NCBI GenBank assembly: GCA_050251945.1
Contig: JBFWLW010000006.1
Location: 64,001 to 128,000, forward strand
From: Deferribacterales bacterium
GTDB lineage: Bacteria > Chrysiogenota > Deferribacteres > Deferribacterales > Geovibrionaceae
Direction: 5' to 3'
Length of the DNA stretch: 64,000 nucleotides
A program made the position numbers and the translations under genes. Each line of letters starts with the position of its first letter. Within the stretch, counting starts at the first letter, position 1. Below are positions 49,879 to 60,642 of the stretch, in pieces. The notes below the pieces were generated by a model. That model was given only the letters and a program-made list of their open reading frames with translations. It was not told the origin of the DNA and did no database searches.

Positions 49879-51094
49879 ATCGTATATTAAATTTCTGAAT
49901 AAATACTCCGGCATGGAATTCAATGAAGATTACCACTCTGAGGAGACTCTCCGTTTCATAAACAGCCTGAACACGCACTCAGACAAGAAAAAGATACTAA
50001 TCTTCGCCTCATACGATCTTCCTGTCGATCCTTTTCGTCAATATATGCCTTTTTTATGTGACAGTTTCGACTTTTTCATAATTTTTTCCAATTCGGTTCA
50101 GAACTCGCCCGAACTGCAATCGGCAAAGGATTTCACCACTATCAGAAACAATTATGCACAGCTTAAGCAGATACTTGAACACGGTTCTTACGATCTGATA
50201 CTCTTAGCGAACATAAACCTTTACTGGCAATGGCGGTTCAGCTTTGTAAAAACTTTCGCAAAGGCACCTGTAATCTGTTACGAAAGAGACTTCATGACAA
50301 AAATGCATGTCAGAAACACGGACGAAATGGCTCTTCTGCTCCATGGAAAAAGAGAATATGCAGAATTCATCATGGAAACAGGGGACAACCTTCTGAAAAA
50401 TGCAGACGGCATAGTGTGCCACTTCTCAGACACTGCCGTAAAGATGCTGAACAGACACAACAGCAATATATACAGCTATATACCTGTGTGGTCTTCAAAC
50501 CATGCGGAAACCGCTGTCACAACCTCTGAAAACAAGCTTGTATACGGCGGTTCACTCACGCCGGAAGGAGACAGAACCCCCCACGGAACATTCGGAAACC
50601 TTCTTCCGATCTTCTCATCTTTCACCAAACATGCAGAAGTGGATATATTTGTCAGAACCGAAGACAGAGAAACTGACTGGCAAAACTACAGAAACTGCCC
50701 TCAGATTAAAGTTTTCAATAACATCGGCTATGATGAATACATAAAAACCATATCAGGAAATTATCTTGCTGGATTGTGCGTCATGAATTTCAGCCGCATA
50801 AATGAGACGTCAAACATCGCTTATAAATATATTTTTGTTACGAAGATATTCGCATATCTTGCCGCAGGTCTTCCCGTCATAATATCTTCGGAATATGATT
50901 CCGCGGCTTCATTTTTAACAGAGAACGGGCTTGGAGTTGCATATTCCAATCAGGACATCTTTGCCGATGACTTTTTTCCGGACATTGACGCTATCCGTAA
51001 AATCGGGAAAAACGTCAGTGAATTTGATTTCAACGCCCTCTTGATGAAGCAGAAAGAACAGTTTCTGGAAATATTCAGCAAAACCATGCTTTAA
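49871..51094 (+). CDS. GT-B fold glycosyltransferase-like protein
   Basis: LVYGGS and TKIFAYLAAGLPVI motifs. Confidence 0.7.
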   Translation: MDKSYIKFLNKYSGMEFNEDYHSEETLRFINSLNTHSDKKKILIFASYDLPVDPFRQYMPFLCDSFDFFIIFSNSVQNSPELQSAKDFTTIRNNYAQLKQILEHGSYDLILLANINLYWQWRFSFVKTFAKAPVICYERDFMTKMHVRNTDEMALLLHGKREYAEFIMETGDNLLKNADGIVCHFSDTAVKMLNRHNSNIYSYIPVWSSNHAETAVTTSENKLVYGGSLTPEGDRTPHGTFGNLLPIFSSFTKHAEVDIFVRTEDRETDWQNYRNCPQIKVFNNIGYDEYIKTISGNYLAGLCVMNFSRINETSNIAYKYIFVTKIFAYLAAGLPVIISSEYDSAASFLTENGLGVAYSNQDIFADDFFPDIDAIRKIGKNVSEFDFNALLMKQKEQFLEIFSKTML

Positions 51095-52695
51095 ACGGGC
51101 TTTATAAGAGAAAGAAGATATTTTGCCAGTTTTTCATCTTTCTTTTCAGCAAGATATTTTCCCTGTAATTTTCTGACATTCTCTTTAAGCTGCCGGTAAT
51201 CCACTTTTTTAATCTTTTCCGCAATTAACGGAATTTCATCGTATCTGACGCTGAAACCGATTTTGTTGTCGTTGACAAACTCTCTGTGGGTCACAAATTC
51301 ATCGTTAACTATCATCGGGAGTCCCGCCGCAAGATATGTCACCATCTTTGCCTGAAAAAGCGAATTAAAATGAACACGGCATATTCTTTTGTATTCTTCG
51401 TTTATATTAAGCAGATTAAGCCCGAAATCATAATCCTTTATCGCGGACGGCAGATCGAAACCCGAAACAAAATCTTCCCAATAAAAGTTTTTTTCTGTTT
51501 CAAGATGATCATACGGCGGTCTGAATCTGTTTCCTGAAAAATTGAAAAGATGCACTTCTATCCCCTGACTGCAGATATCCTGAAATACCCTGTCAAGAGT
51601 CGCTACCTGATGCATCGCTTTTTCATGAGAATATGCGATGTTGCCTGTGTAGCAGACTTTATAACTGCGTTCAGGCAGCGTATCTGAAAATGTAAACGAA
51701 TCCGGTTCCTGAAAATAATCGGTAATATGGCAGGTTTTTGCATCTTTCAGCATGTGCTTTGAAGCGTATTCGCCACCGCAGTTGGTTATCACACCGTCAG
51801 CGGCAAGGGTTATTTCACGCTCCAGATAATCGAGCATCTCAACAGTCCCGACATCACAGCCTAACCATTCGGAAATATTTTCAAAGCTGAGATCGAATGA
51901 ACCGTTCAGGCAAAAATCCGTTGTTGAATGAACAAAACATAACTTTTCTCTGTATTCAGCCATTAAATCATATACAAAAACGTTGTCATGGGGTCCGGCA
52001 TGAAAACACACAAGTATGTCCGGTTTTATGGAATCAATCATCCTTTTAATTTCGATAATGCTCCGGTGCGCGCAGAAAACTGAAGCGAAATGCTCATTTT
52101 TGTAATATACGTTTGAGCCTGTGATATATATCTTAACAAGATCAAAATATTTGCTCAGAGTATCTGACGCCACCGTTATGAAATCCCTTCTGTCGTCCAT
52201 CAGAACGAGGCACAAAACAGGCTTACCTGTGCCGTGAAAAGTCGTAATGTTCAGATATTCTCTTGCGGCAGTCAGCATTTTCTCTTCTTTATACGGCAAA
52301 AACACTTTTTCCGGCGAAATACCATATTCAGAACAGAATTTTTTGATGCTGCCGCTATTCCAGTAGCCGAGCAATATGATATGATCGAAATCTATGTCCC
52401 CTATATCTTTTATATCTGCCAGCGGTATGGAAAAATTCTCTCTGGTAAATCCGGAATCAGTTGAAACGTCTTTTATAACACACTCTATTTTCCCTTCCGG
52501 ATAAAACTCTGCAAATTCCTTAGAATGTTTGCCGTCGCCATAAAGCACAACTTTTGAACCTTCTGTTTTTCCGTATGCGACATCCGCCGCAAGACGCGGA
52601 TTTCGCACATAGAGATAGTCATGATAAAAGTCTTTTGTCAGCCTAATAAACACTTGTTCATATTTTTCTGTCATGTCTCTGTTATCGTACTCCAA
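51091..52695 (-). CDS. GT-B fold glycosyltransferase-like protein with N-terminal Rossmann-like domain
   Basis: VCYTGN, YDFGL and AKMVTYLAAGLPMI motifs; start may be the ATG at 52674. Confidence 0.7.
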   Translation of the reverse strand: MEYDNRDMTEKYEQVFIRLTKDFYHDYLYVRNPRLAADVAYGKTEGSKVVLYGDGKHSKEFAEFYPEGKIECVIKDVSTDSGFTRENFSIPLADIKDIGDIDFDHIILLGYWNSGSIKKFCSEYGISPEKVFLPYKEEKMLTAAREYLNITTFHGTGKPVLCLVLMDDRRDFITVASDTLSKYFDLVKIYITGSNVYYKNEHFASVFCAHRSIIEIKRMIDSIKPDILVCFHAGPHDNVFVYDLMAEYREKLCFVHSTTDFCLNGSFDLSFENISEWLGCDVGTVEMLDYLEREITLAADGVITNCGGEYASKHMLKDAKTCHITDYFQEPDSFTFSDTLPERSYKVCYTGNIAYSHEKAMHQVATLDRVFQDICSQGIEVHLFNFSGNRFRPPYDHLETEKNFYWEDFVSGFDLPSAIKDYDFGLNLLNINEEYKRICRVHFNSLFQAKMVTYLAAGLPMIVNDEFVTHREFVNDNKIGFSVRYDEIPLIAEKIKKVDYRQLKENVRKLQGKYLAEKKDEKLAKYLLSLIKPV

Positions 52696-52872
52696 GATAA
52701 ATGGTCAGCCGCCTTATTTCAGTATATACTGAATTATCTAACCGACGCCACCTTTTCATAATATTTTTTTAACGTTTTAACAACGTGGATAAACATGCCC
52801 TTTTAGCTGGACTATCAATTAAGCAATGCTATAATATTATCAATAATAATCATTCAAATAGTCGGTTAATTA

Positions 52873-53769
52873 ATGAAAATACTTATAATCAAGCTCGGCT
52901 TTTCAGAAACACTTGATCCGGAAATAGGCAAGGTCACTTCTCTTGGGGACGTGCTGAGAACAACACCCATCCTGTATGCTTTGAAAGAAAAGTATTTTGA
53001 ATCGCACATCACATGGCTGACAGACGAATCCGCCGCTCCCCTGCTCCATTACAACCCGTACATAGACAGGCTGCTCATCTGGGACAGTTTCATCGGTTTC
53101 CAGCTTATGAGTGAACGTTATGATATAGTGATAAACCTTGAAAAGATAGGCGGTCTCTGCGCCCTTTCAAACCGTATCAACGCATGGAAGAAATACGGCT
53201 TCAGATTCGACGAGACAACAGGTTCATACGACGTTTACGAAGGCGCTGAATACGCCCTTGACCTCTGCCTGAAACGAAACATAAAAAAGAACAACATCAG
53301 GATTTGGCAGGAAATACTTGTTGAAATGGTTGGCGTCGCATGGGCACAGCAGCCGTATATCCTTGGTTACAAGCCTAAATCTTCCGAAACTCACGATGTG
53401 GGATTCAACTTTAAGGTCGGAACAAAATTCCCTGAAAAAGCATGGGACGATGAAAAATGGAAACAGTTGGGAGAGCTTCTTTCAGCGGACAACAGAACGT
53501 TCTGTTACCAGCAGGGGCTTTCAAATCTGTACGAATACATTGACTGGATAAACTCCTGTAAAACACTTATAACCTGCGACAGTCTCGGTCTGCATATCGC
53601 TCTGGCGCTGAACAAGAACGTGATAGGTCTTTTCGGCCCCACAAACGCCACTGAGGTCTTCTTTTACGGAAGATCATCACACATCAAAAAGGACACAATG
53701 AAGCTTATAGATGCGCAGGAAGTTTTCGACGTTTATAAAAAAGCTGTCGACCGCGGAGTAAGCGAATGA
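52873..53769 (+). CDS. GT9 (heptosyltransferase-like) glycosyltransferase
   Basis: SLGDVLRTTP, ITWL and DSLGLHIALAL..IGLFGPT motifs. Confidence 0.88.
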   Translation: MKILIIKLGFSETLDPEIGKVTSLGDVLRTTPILYALKEKYFESHITWLTDESAAPLLHYNPYIDRLLIWDSFIGFQLMSERYDIVINLEKIGGLCALSNRINAWKKYGFRFDETTGSYDVYEGAEYALDLCLKRNIKKNNIRIWQEILVEMVGVAWAQQPYILGYKPKSSETHDVGFNFKVGTKFPEKAWDDEKWKQLGELLSADNRTFCYQQGLSNLYEYIDWINSCKTLITCDSLGLHIALALNKNVIGLFGPTNATEVFFYGRSSHIKKDTMKLIDAQEVFDVYKKAVDRGVSE

Positions 53770-54902
53770 ACATAAAACTTTCACTGGTGACTTCAACACA
53801 TAACGCATATCCGCATAACTTTGACGAACTGGGTAAATCTCTGGAACAGGAAGGGATCGACCTTGAGATAATATATGTTAACGATCCTTACGGAAATTTC
53901 CACGATAATATCTCAAAAAGCGGTGAAATCAGGCGGATAACACCACCGAACGGACTGGGGTATTTCAATTCCATGAGATTCGGTCTTTTGCAGACCACAG
54001 GCACCTATGTATATTTTCTGTCAGACGACGCAAAACTGAACGACATCAGTTTCCACGCCAAAGCCATTAAAGAGCTTAACGGCGGCGCAGACCTTGTGTT
54101 CAGCAGATCGGAGATATCTTCGGAACACGGAAGCTATATAATGCACCACCCGTTCAGACAGTCTTATGTCCCCGCTGAATTTCTTCGTGAGTGGTACAAT
54201 CTGCGGATGATATTTGTGGATTATTTCAGTTTCAGCAGCTTTATGTTCCGTAAAGACATGCTTATGAAAGCCGAAGCTTTTATATCCACCTTTCCCTACG
54301 CACTCTCTCTGGACACTGCAACGATACTTAAAACCATTCTTTTAAGCAAATCCATTGCATTCGTCGACTGTGTTTCCGCCACAAGGCACAACACGGGCAT
54401 CAGCAGATACAACAACGACAAGAGCAACATGACCGATCAGGTGGTAAACCACTTTGCAATCCCTCTGGATGTTTCAGAATTCATAGATAAACTGCATATC
54501 GGTCAGGATCTGCACAACGAGCTTAAAGTTTTTTTCAACCAGTACGCCATCTATTCATTTAACGCCATAACCTCCGACTTTTATCAGACATCAAATCAGA
54601 TGATATTTGACAGTATGGAATTTGACAGCCTCCTTAAAGGCAGAGAAGTATATATCTACGGACGGGGCTGGGTTGGACTTGCGCTGTTTGACTATCTCAA
54701 AGATTCAGGCATCCGCACAAAAAGCTTTATAGACGATTTCAAAACGGACGAATCCATCCTTCCGTTCGATAAATTCAGCTCCATGGAGCATAAAAACACT
54801 TCGGTGATAATAGCCAGCTACAAGTGTTCTGACGTTTTTAAAATATATAAGAAACTCATAGGCTTAAAAGATATCGAAGTGATAGATCTCATGAGAGTAT
54901 GA
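53766..54902 (+). CDS. GT2-like glycosyltransferase with C-terminal Rossmann-like domain
   Basis: LSLVTST, IIYVND, TGTYVYFLSDD; C-terminal YIYGRG..FIDD. Confidence 0.7.
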   Translation: MNIKLSLVTSTHNAYPHNFDELGKSLEQEGIDLEIIYVNDPYGNFHDNISKSGEIRRITPPNGLGYFNSMRFGLLQTTGTYVYFLSDDAKLNDISFHAKAIKELNGGADLVFSRSEISSEHGSYIMHHPFRQSYVPAEFLREWYNLRMIFVDYFSFSSFMFRKDMLMKAEAFISTFPYALSLDTATILKTILLSKSIAFVDCVSATRHNTGISRYNNDKSNMTDQVVNHFAIPLDVSEFIDKLHIGQDLHNELKVFFNQYAIYSFNAITSDFYQTSNQMIFDSMEFDSLLKGREVYIYGRGWVGLALFDYLKDSGIRTKSFIDDFKTDESILPFDKFSSMEHKNTSVIIASYKCSDVFKIYKKLIGLKDIEVIDLMRV

Positions 54903-54903
54903 G

Positions 54904-57471
54904 ATGATAAACGCATTTGTCCCGACACTGAACAATGAAAAGACCATAAGACGCGTTCTGAAAACCATCAAGGCGCAGACAATACAACCGTCAAGATTCA
55001 TAGTTATCGACAGCGGATCCACCGACGGCACAGAAAATATATGCCGCGAAGAAGGTTTTGAATTCTATCCGCCTTCATATTTCGGAGTTGATGGTATCCT
55101 CGGTCTCGGCAGAGCGAGAAACCGCATATTGGAACTAATTGACACGCCTTATCTTCTCTCCGTTGACAGCGATATCATACTCCGTCCAGACCATATAGAG
55201 AACCTTTTGCCTATACTAAAGAACAACCCCAAACTTGCGGGCGTTGCGGCAAAACAGATAGAGCTTAACCGCACGGAGATGGGCGACCGATGCCGTGCGC
55301 TGGTGGATATGCGCGACCTTTATAAACCGCTGGGTTCCGAAACGGACGAATACCGCGAATTTCTGCTGGGTTCAAACAGTATATACAGAACAGAGGCTCT
55401 CCACAAAGCGGGCATAGCCGAAAACGGCAATAAATACCGACCGTTCGACGACAGCCTTATGTCCAACTATGAAGACGTGGATATCGGCATAAAACTCAAA
55501 AAACTCGGTTACGACCTGCTCTGGCACCCCGCCCAACATACTTATCATCTGCAAAAAGACGATGTCGCGAGCTATCTTAACCGCGCGTACCGCTACAGAG
55601 TGTTCAAATGGTCCATGCAGGGTGCATTTCAGGACGAAACTCTTTACCGCAAAAAAGCGGAGCACAATATAAACTACACCCGGATGGGGCTTGATATTAT
55701 AACCGAAAAATCCAGAAGCTATCTGGTATACCCTTATATCCTTGCGGGTTTCAAATTCTTTCTGGAAGACGTTTTGAGATTTCAGGAAAATAATCCCGCT
55801 GCACAGCGGATTTATAATTCGTTCATAAAATCTCTGGAGCATTTCACATCCGGCAAAATCAGACATGGTGTCATTGAATTCAACAAAGAAGTTCTGGACA
55901 AAATAGACCTTTCACCGACAGACGAAACGGACGATGAGATATTTGAATGGTTCCGCTCCCTTGCATCTCTCGACGTTCTCAATAAAAAATTCCCCGCCAT
56001 GCACGACACAAAGCTGACGGAAACGGATAAAGCTCTGAAAACGAAAGCAGTGGAAGCGTCCATGCTCCGTATGGAATATGAAAAAGGTCTCAATGCATAT
56101 GGCAGTTTCAGAGTAATGGTCGTCAACCTGCCGTGGAGGCAGAACGGCAGGGCAGGCGTTAACGCCGGAAGCCGCTGGCCGCATACATACGATATGTCCC
56201 GCTATAAGGCGAATTTGCAGCCTTACATACCCTATCCTTTCTTCATGGGGCATCTTTTCTCACTGCTGAAAAACAGCGGAATAAGCGCATGGATGACGGA
56301 CTGTGCCGCCGAAGGATACGCACCTGAAGAATTCATATACGAAGCCTTCGGATACTCGCCCGATCTGCTTATAACGGAGACTTCCGCCCCGTCGTTTGAA
56401 AATGATATGACGATCCTGAAACAAATAAAAGAGTTCCTGCCCGATACAAAAATATGCGTGACAGGTTCACACGCCGGCTTCCTGAAAGAGAACGTTCTGG
56501 ACGAGGAATACATCGACTTTGCCATTCAGGGTGAGTACGAGCTTTCCGCTCTGGAGCTTTCAGAATGTCTGAAAGAAGGCAAAACCTACGGACATATTGA
56601 CGGACTGATACACCGTTGGGGAATCAATCCGCCCCGCAAAACCACCGATTTTGCCGCATTGCCGCGACCTGAAAGAGTAATCACGCCATTTTATAACTAT
56701 AATGACCGACCGGTGAGCGCTCTTGCGTATCCTTCATTCCAGACTCAGCTTTCCCGCGGCTGTCCGTACAAATGCTGTTTCTGCCAGTGGGTGCATACAA
56801 TCTACGCTGACGGATACAGGAAAGCCGATACTGATACCATTGTAAAAGAGATTCTCGACGCGCAGGGAAAATTCGGAATCCGGTCGTTTTATCTGGACGA
56901 CGAGACATTTAACATAGATAAAAAACACCTGCACAATTTCTGCGAATCACTGGAAAGGCACGGTGTAAAATTGCCGTGGATGGCTATGGCGCGCGCTGAC
57001 GGCGGGCTTGACGAAGAAATTTTAATCCGCATGAAAAACAGCGGTCTCATCGGGCTTAAATTCGGCATAGAGAGCGTGGATGAAAAAGTTCTGAGCGAGA
57101 TAAACAAAAAACTTGATATCAGAAAGTGCGAAGAGAACCTTGCGCTTTGCAGAAAACTCGCAATAGAGATACACCTTACTTTTTCCATCGGCTACCTTAA
57201 CGACACACAAGAGACAATTCAAAGGACATTCGACTGGATGAAAGAGCAGAATCCCGATTCCCAGCAGGTTTCCATAGTGACTCCTTTCCCCGGAACACCC
57301 ATGTATGACGAGCTTATCAAAAAGGGTGTTTTGGTCGATGATAATCTTAAGGATTTCGACGGTCACAATGCCCACACTTTCCGCGGAAATCTCGAAAGTG
57401 ACGAGATAGTGCGGCTGAAAGATAAATGGGTCAAAGACTGGGCAGAACACAAAAACAGAGGCACAAATTGA
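54904..57471 (+). CDS. Fusion: N-terminal GT2 glycosyltransferase plus B12-binding radical SAM domain (radical SAM 5)
   Basis: N-terminal VPTLN, VIDSGSTDGT, VDSD, YEDVD; central B12-binding-like region (CVTGSHA, IQGEYE); SRGCPYKCCFC, DDETF, FGIES, TPFPGT. Confidence 0.88.
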   Translation: MINAFVPTLNNEKTIRRVLKTIKAQTIQPSRFIVIDSGSTDGTENICREEGFEFYPPSYFGVDGILGLGRARNRILELIDTPYLLSVDSDIILRPDHIENLLPILKNNPKLAGVAAKQIELNRTEMGDRCRALVDMRDLYKPLGSETDEYREFLLGSNSIYRTEALHKAGIAENGNKYRPFDDSLMSNYEDVDIGIKLKKLGYDLLWHPAQHTYHLQKDDVASYLNRAYRYRVFKWSMQGAFQDETLYRKKAEHNINYTRMGLDIITEKSRSYLVYPYILAGFKFFLEDVLRFQENNPAAQRIYNSFIKSLEHFTSGKIRHGVIEFNKEVLDKIDLSPTDETDDEIFEWFRSLASLDVLNKKFPAMHDTKLTETDKALKTKAVEASMLRMEYEKGLNAYGSFRVMVVNLPWRQNGRAGVNAGSRWPHTYDMSRYKANLQPYIPYPFFMGHLFSLLKNSGISAWMTDCAAEGYAPEEFIYEAFGYSPDLLITETSAPSFENDMTILKQIKEFLPDTKICVTGSHAGFLKENVLDEEYIDFAIQGEYELSALELSECLKEGKTYGHIDGLIHRWGINPPRKTTDFAALPRPERVITPFYNYNDRPVSALAYPSFQTQLSRGCPYKCCFCQWVHTIYADGYRKADTDTIVKEILDAQGKFGIRSFYLDDETFNIDKKHLHNFCESLERHGVKLPWMAMARADGGLDEEILIRMKNSGLIGLKFGIESVDEKVLSEINKKLDIRKCEENLALCRKLAIEIHLTFSIGYLNDTQETIQRTFDWMKEQNPDSQQVSIVTPFPGTPMYDELIKKGVLVDDNLKDFDGHNAHTFRGNLESDEIVRLKDKWVKDWAEHKNRGTN

Positions 57472-58484
57472 ACATTCTCATAACAGGCGGCTGCGGCTTT
57501 GTCGGCAGCAGTCTGGCACTGAATATAAAACAGAAATATCCGCAATACGATGTGACCGCGCTGGACAATCTCCACAGAAACGGCAGTGAACTTAATATCC
57601 CGATACTCCACGAGGCGGGGATAAACTTCATACAGGGCGACGTGCGCCGACCGGAAGACCTTGAGCCGCTCCGCTATGACCTCATGATAGAGGCGAGCGC
57701 GGAGCCGTCTGTAATGGCGGGACTTAACGGCGACGACAGGTATCTGATGGAGACGAATTTCGGCGGACTGTTCAACTGTGTCCGTTCGGTGCTGGACAAC
57801 AGCGCAAAACTGATCTTCCTGTCAACCAGCAGAATCTTCCCCATGTCCGCCATAAACGGGCTGGAATACATTGAAGAAGCGTCCCGCTACACCATGAAAT
57901 ATGGACACGGCATCGCGGAGAACTTCCCGAAAGAAGGGACACGCTCCCTTTACGGCATGAGCAAATATGCGGGTGAGCTTCTGATAGCAGAATATGCCGA
58001 GATGTTCGGGCTTAAGTCTATAATAAACAGATGCGGGCTTCTGGCGGGCAAAGGTCAGTTCGGCAAAACCGATCAGGGAGTTGTTACCCACTGGGCGGCA
58101 AGCTACATTTACGACAAGCCGCTAAGCATCTTCGGAAACGGAAAACAGGTGCGCGATGTTCTGAACGTGCGCGACCTCTTCCGCCTCATTGACATGCAGA
58201 TGCACAATTTTGACAGGTTCCGCAACGAACTCTTCAATGTTGGCGGAGGCATAAACAACTCGCTGTCCATATTTGAACTGGACGCGCTCTGCAAGAAACT
58301 GATCAGAAATAAAGAGGTGCCGTTCATGCCGGAACGGGTACTGGATATAAAATATTACGTCACAGACAATACAAAGATACAAAGTTTCGGCTGGTCGCCT
58401 GAAATTTCAGCGGAGGAAACTCTGAAAGAGATAACAGACTGGCTGAAAGAGAACAAAGAGGAACTGAAATGGATATTTGCCTGA
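57468..58484 (+). CDS. NDP-sugar epimerase/reductase (CDP-paratose/tyvelose epimerase-like SDR)
   Basis: [14 protein letters not shown] and GKQVRDVL motifs; TTG start at 57468 with AGAGG RBS overlapping the upstream stop. Confidence 0.85.
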   Translation: MNILITGGCGFVGSSLALNIKQKYPQYDVTALDNLHRNGSELNIPILHEAGINFIQGDVRRPEDLEPLRYDLMIEASAEPSVMAGLNGDDRYLMETNFGGLFNCVRSVLDNSAKLIFLSTSRIFPMSAINGLEYIEEASRYTMKYGHGIAENFPKEGTRSLYGMSKYAGELLIAEYAEMFGLKSIINRCGLLAGKGQFGKTDQGVVTHWAASYIYDKPLSIFGNGKQVRDVLNVRDLFRLIDMQMHNFDRFRNELFNVGGGINNSLSIFELDALCKKLIRNKEVPFMPERVLDIKYYVTDNTKIQSFGWSPEISAEETLKEITDWLKENKEELKWIFA

Positions 58485-59530
58485 TAACCGGAAGCGGCGG
58501 ACTGATAGGCTCGGAGGCGGCGGAGTTTTTCTCTGCGCATTTTGACAAAGTGATAGGCATCGACAACGACATGCGCTCCTATTTCTTCGGACAGGGAGCG
58601 TCAACCTCGTGGAACGTTGCCCGTCTTTCGGAAAAACTCAAAAATTATGAACATTTCAACATAGACATCAGAGATTTTGAAAAACTGGAAAAACTCTTCT
58701 CGGAATACGGCACGGATATAAAGTTCGTTCTGCATACCGCGGCACAGCCCAGCCACGACTGGGCGGCGAAAGAACCCTTCACTGATTTCGGCGTGAACGC
58801 CAACGGTACGCTGAACACTCTGGAAGCCGCAAAGAGACACTGCCCCGATGCGGTCTTCATCTTCACATCCACAAACAAAGTATACGGGGATACGCCGAAC
58901 CTTCTGCCTCTGGTGGAGCTTGAAACACGCTGGGAAATTGATGAAAGTCACCCCTATTTCGCCAAAGGCATAGACGAAACCATGTCTATAGACAATTCAA
59001 AACACTCCATTTTCGGCGCAAGCAAGGTTGCGGCGGATGTCATGGTTCAGGAATACGGACGCTATTTCGGCATGAAAACTGGGGTTTTCCGCGGCGGATG
59101 CCTGACAGGCCCCAACCACTCCGGCGCTCAGCTTCACGGTTTTCTGAGCTACCTGATCAAATGCGCGGTCACCGACACCCCCTACACCGTTTTCGGCTAC
59201 AAGGGCAAGCAGGTGCGCGACAACATCCACTCTTTCGATATGATAAATGCTTTCCGCCATTTTTATAAAGCACCCCGCTCCGGCGCAGTGTATAACATGG
59301 GAGGAAGCCGGCACAGCTGCTGTTCCATGCTGGAAGCCGTCGCTATGGTCGAAAAGCTGACCGGCAGACCGTTCCGCCACACATACACGCAAGACAACAG
59401 AAGCGGCGACCATATCTGGTGGATAAGCGACGTTTCAAAATTTAAAGCCGACTACCCTGAATGGGACTATACGTATAATGTCGAACAGATTATTTCCGAA
59501 ATATATGATACTATGAAACAAAGATTCTGA
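58469..59530 (+). CDS. NDP-sugar epimerase (CDP-paratose 2-epimerase-like SDR)
   Basis: [30 protein letters not shown] and GKQVRDNIH motifs. Confidence 0.88.
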   Translation: MDICLITGSGGLIGSEAAEFFSAHFDKVIGIDNDMRSYFFGQGASTSWNVARLSEKLKNYEHFNIDIRDFEKLEKLFSEYGTDIKFVLHTAAQPSHDWAAKEPFTDFGVNANGTLNTLEAAKRHCPDAVFIFTSTNKVYGDTPNLLPLVELETRWEIDESHPYFAKGIDETMSIDNSKHSIFGASKVAADVMVQEYGRYFGMKTGVFRGGCLTGPNHSGAQLHGFLSYLIKCAVTDTPYTVFGYKGKQVRDNIHSFDMINAFRHFYKAPRSGAVYNMGGSRHSCCSMLEAVAMVEKLTGRPFRHTYTQDNRSGDHIWWISDVSKFKADYPEWDYTYNVEQIISEIYDTMKQRF

Positions 59531-59538
59531 GGTTCATT

Positions 59539-60642
59539 TTGAGAGAATACACTATTGAAGACATCTCCTACACAATAACCGAATACTGCCCCGGACCATG
59601 CCGTTACTGCTCTATATGGAAGCAGGAGGACAGGCGCGGAGAAGAACTCACCGATGCAGAACTGGACAGCATCTTCTCCTCAAAACACCTCGATCTGAAA
59701 AAGGTTCACCTCACAGGGGGCGAACCCCACATGAGCGACACCTACCTGCGCGTTGTGGACAGCATCTACCGTTTCCACGACAGCGTTGTAATAGATTCGC
59801 CCATAACGGGCTGGTTTCCCGAAAGGCACGAAGAGATAGCGAAATACGTTCTCAAAAAGCACCCGCTCTATCGTCTGGATATCTCCCTCGACGGCGACGA
59901 GGAGACCAACGCAAAGATACGCCTTCGCAAAGACGGCTTTAAATCGGCGATGGAAACCCTTGAGCGCCTGAAAAAACTGAAAGGACTGGTTCTGCGCTTT
60001 CAGTTCACTATTTACAAAGAAAACCTGCATCTCATCGAATGGATATACAACTTCGCAAAAGAGATGGGCGTGGGGCTTTATATCGGCTACGGACGGTTCA
60101 GCAGCGAACGCTATAAGAACACACAGGACAATCTGGAAAAATGCACCCTGAACAAGAACAGTTTTATCTGGACCGACGACGAGCTGAAACTGATAGACGA
60201 ACAGCTTGTAAAGATAGGCTACGACAAAGGGCGCTACAGAAGCAAATATCTCCTGCAAAAAGCAGTTTACGAAGGAGAGAAGATAGACTTCAACTGCTAT
60301 ATGGGCGGTCGGAGTATAGATATCGACCCATACGGCAACGTATTCCCATGTCTTCTGTGGCTGAACTATCTGAAAATGGGCAATGTGCGCAAAGCCGGCA
60401 GTCTGGACAAGGTTCTCGAAGACGATCAGGCGCAGGACGTTCTCACCATGATACGCTCCAAACAGTGCCATGAGGACTGCCTTTACACCTGCGCAAACAA
60501 AATGACGCTTATCAACCCTGAGATACCAGCCGTCGGCATGATACGGTATCAGGGAAAATACGGATACATCTTCAGCGAAAAGGACGTCATCCCCGTTAAA
60601 CCGTGGTGGTATGACGAATACGTCCAGAGGGGCATAATTTGA
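59539..60642 (+). CDS. Radical SAM protein 6 with SPASM/twitch-like domain
   Basis: CPGPCRYC, LTGGEP, C-terminal CYMG..GNVFPC..CHEDCLYTC. Confidence 0.9.
   Translation: MREYTIEDISYTITEYCPGPCRYCSIWKQEDRRGEELTDAELDSIFSSKHLDLKKVHLTGGEPHMSDTYLRVVDSIYRFHDSVVIDSPITGWFPERHEEIAKYVLKKHPLYRLDISLDGDEETNAKIRLRKDGFKSAMETLERLKKLKGLVLRFQFTIYKENLHLIEWIYNFAKEMGVGLYIGYGRFSSERYKNTQDNLEKCTLNKNSFIWTDDELKLIDEQLVKIGYDKGRYRSKYLLQKAVYEGEKIDFNCYMGGRSIDIDPYGNVFPCLLWLNYLKMGNVRKAGSLDKVLEDDQAQDVLTMIRSKQCHEDCLYTCANKMTLINPEIPAVGMIRYQGKYGYIFSEKDVIPVKPWWYDEYVQRGII

Noticed and set aside
59680..60471. Long antisense ORFs (also 17751-18536, 31021-31710, 32481-33353)
   Set aside because: They overlap well-supported genes on the opposite strand and carry no motifs.
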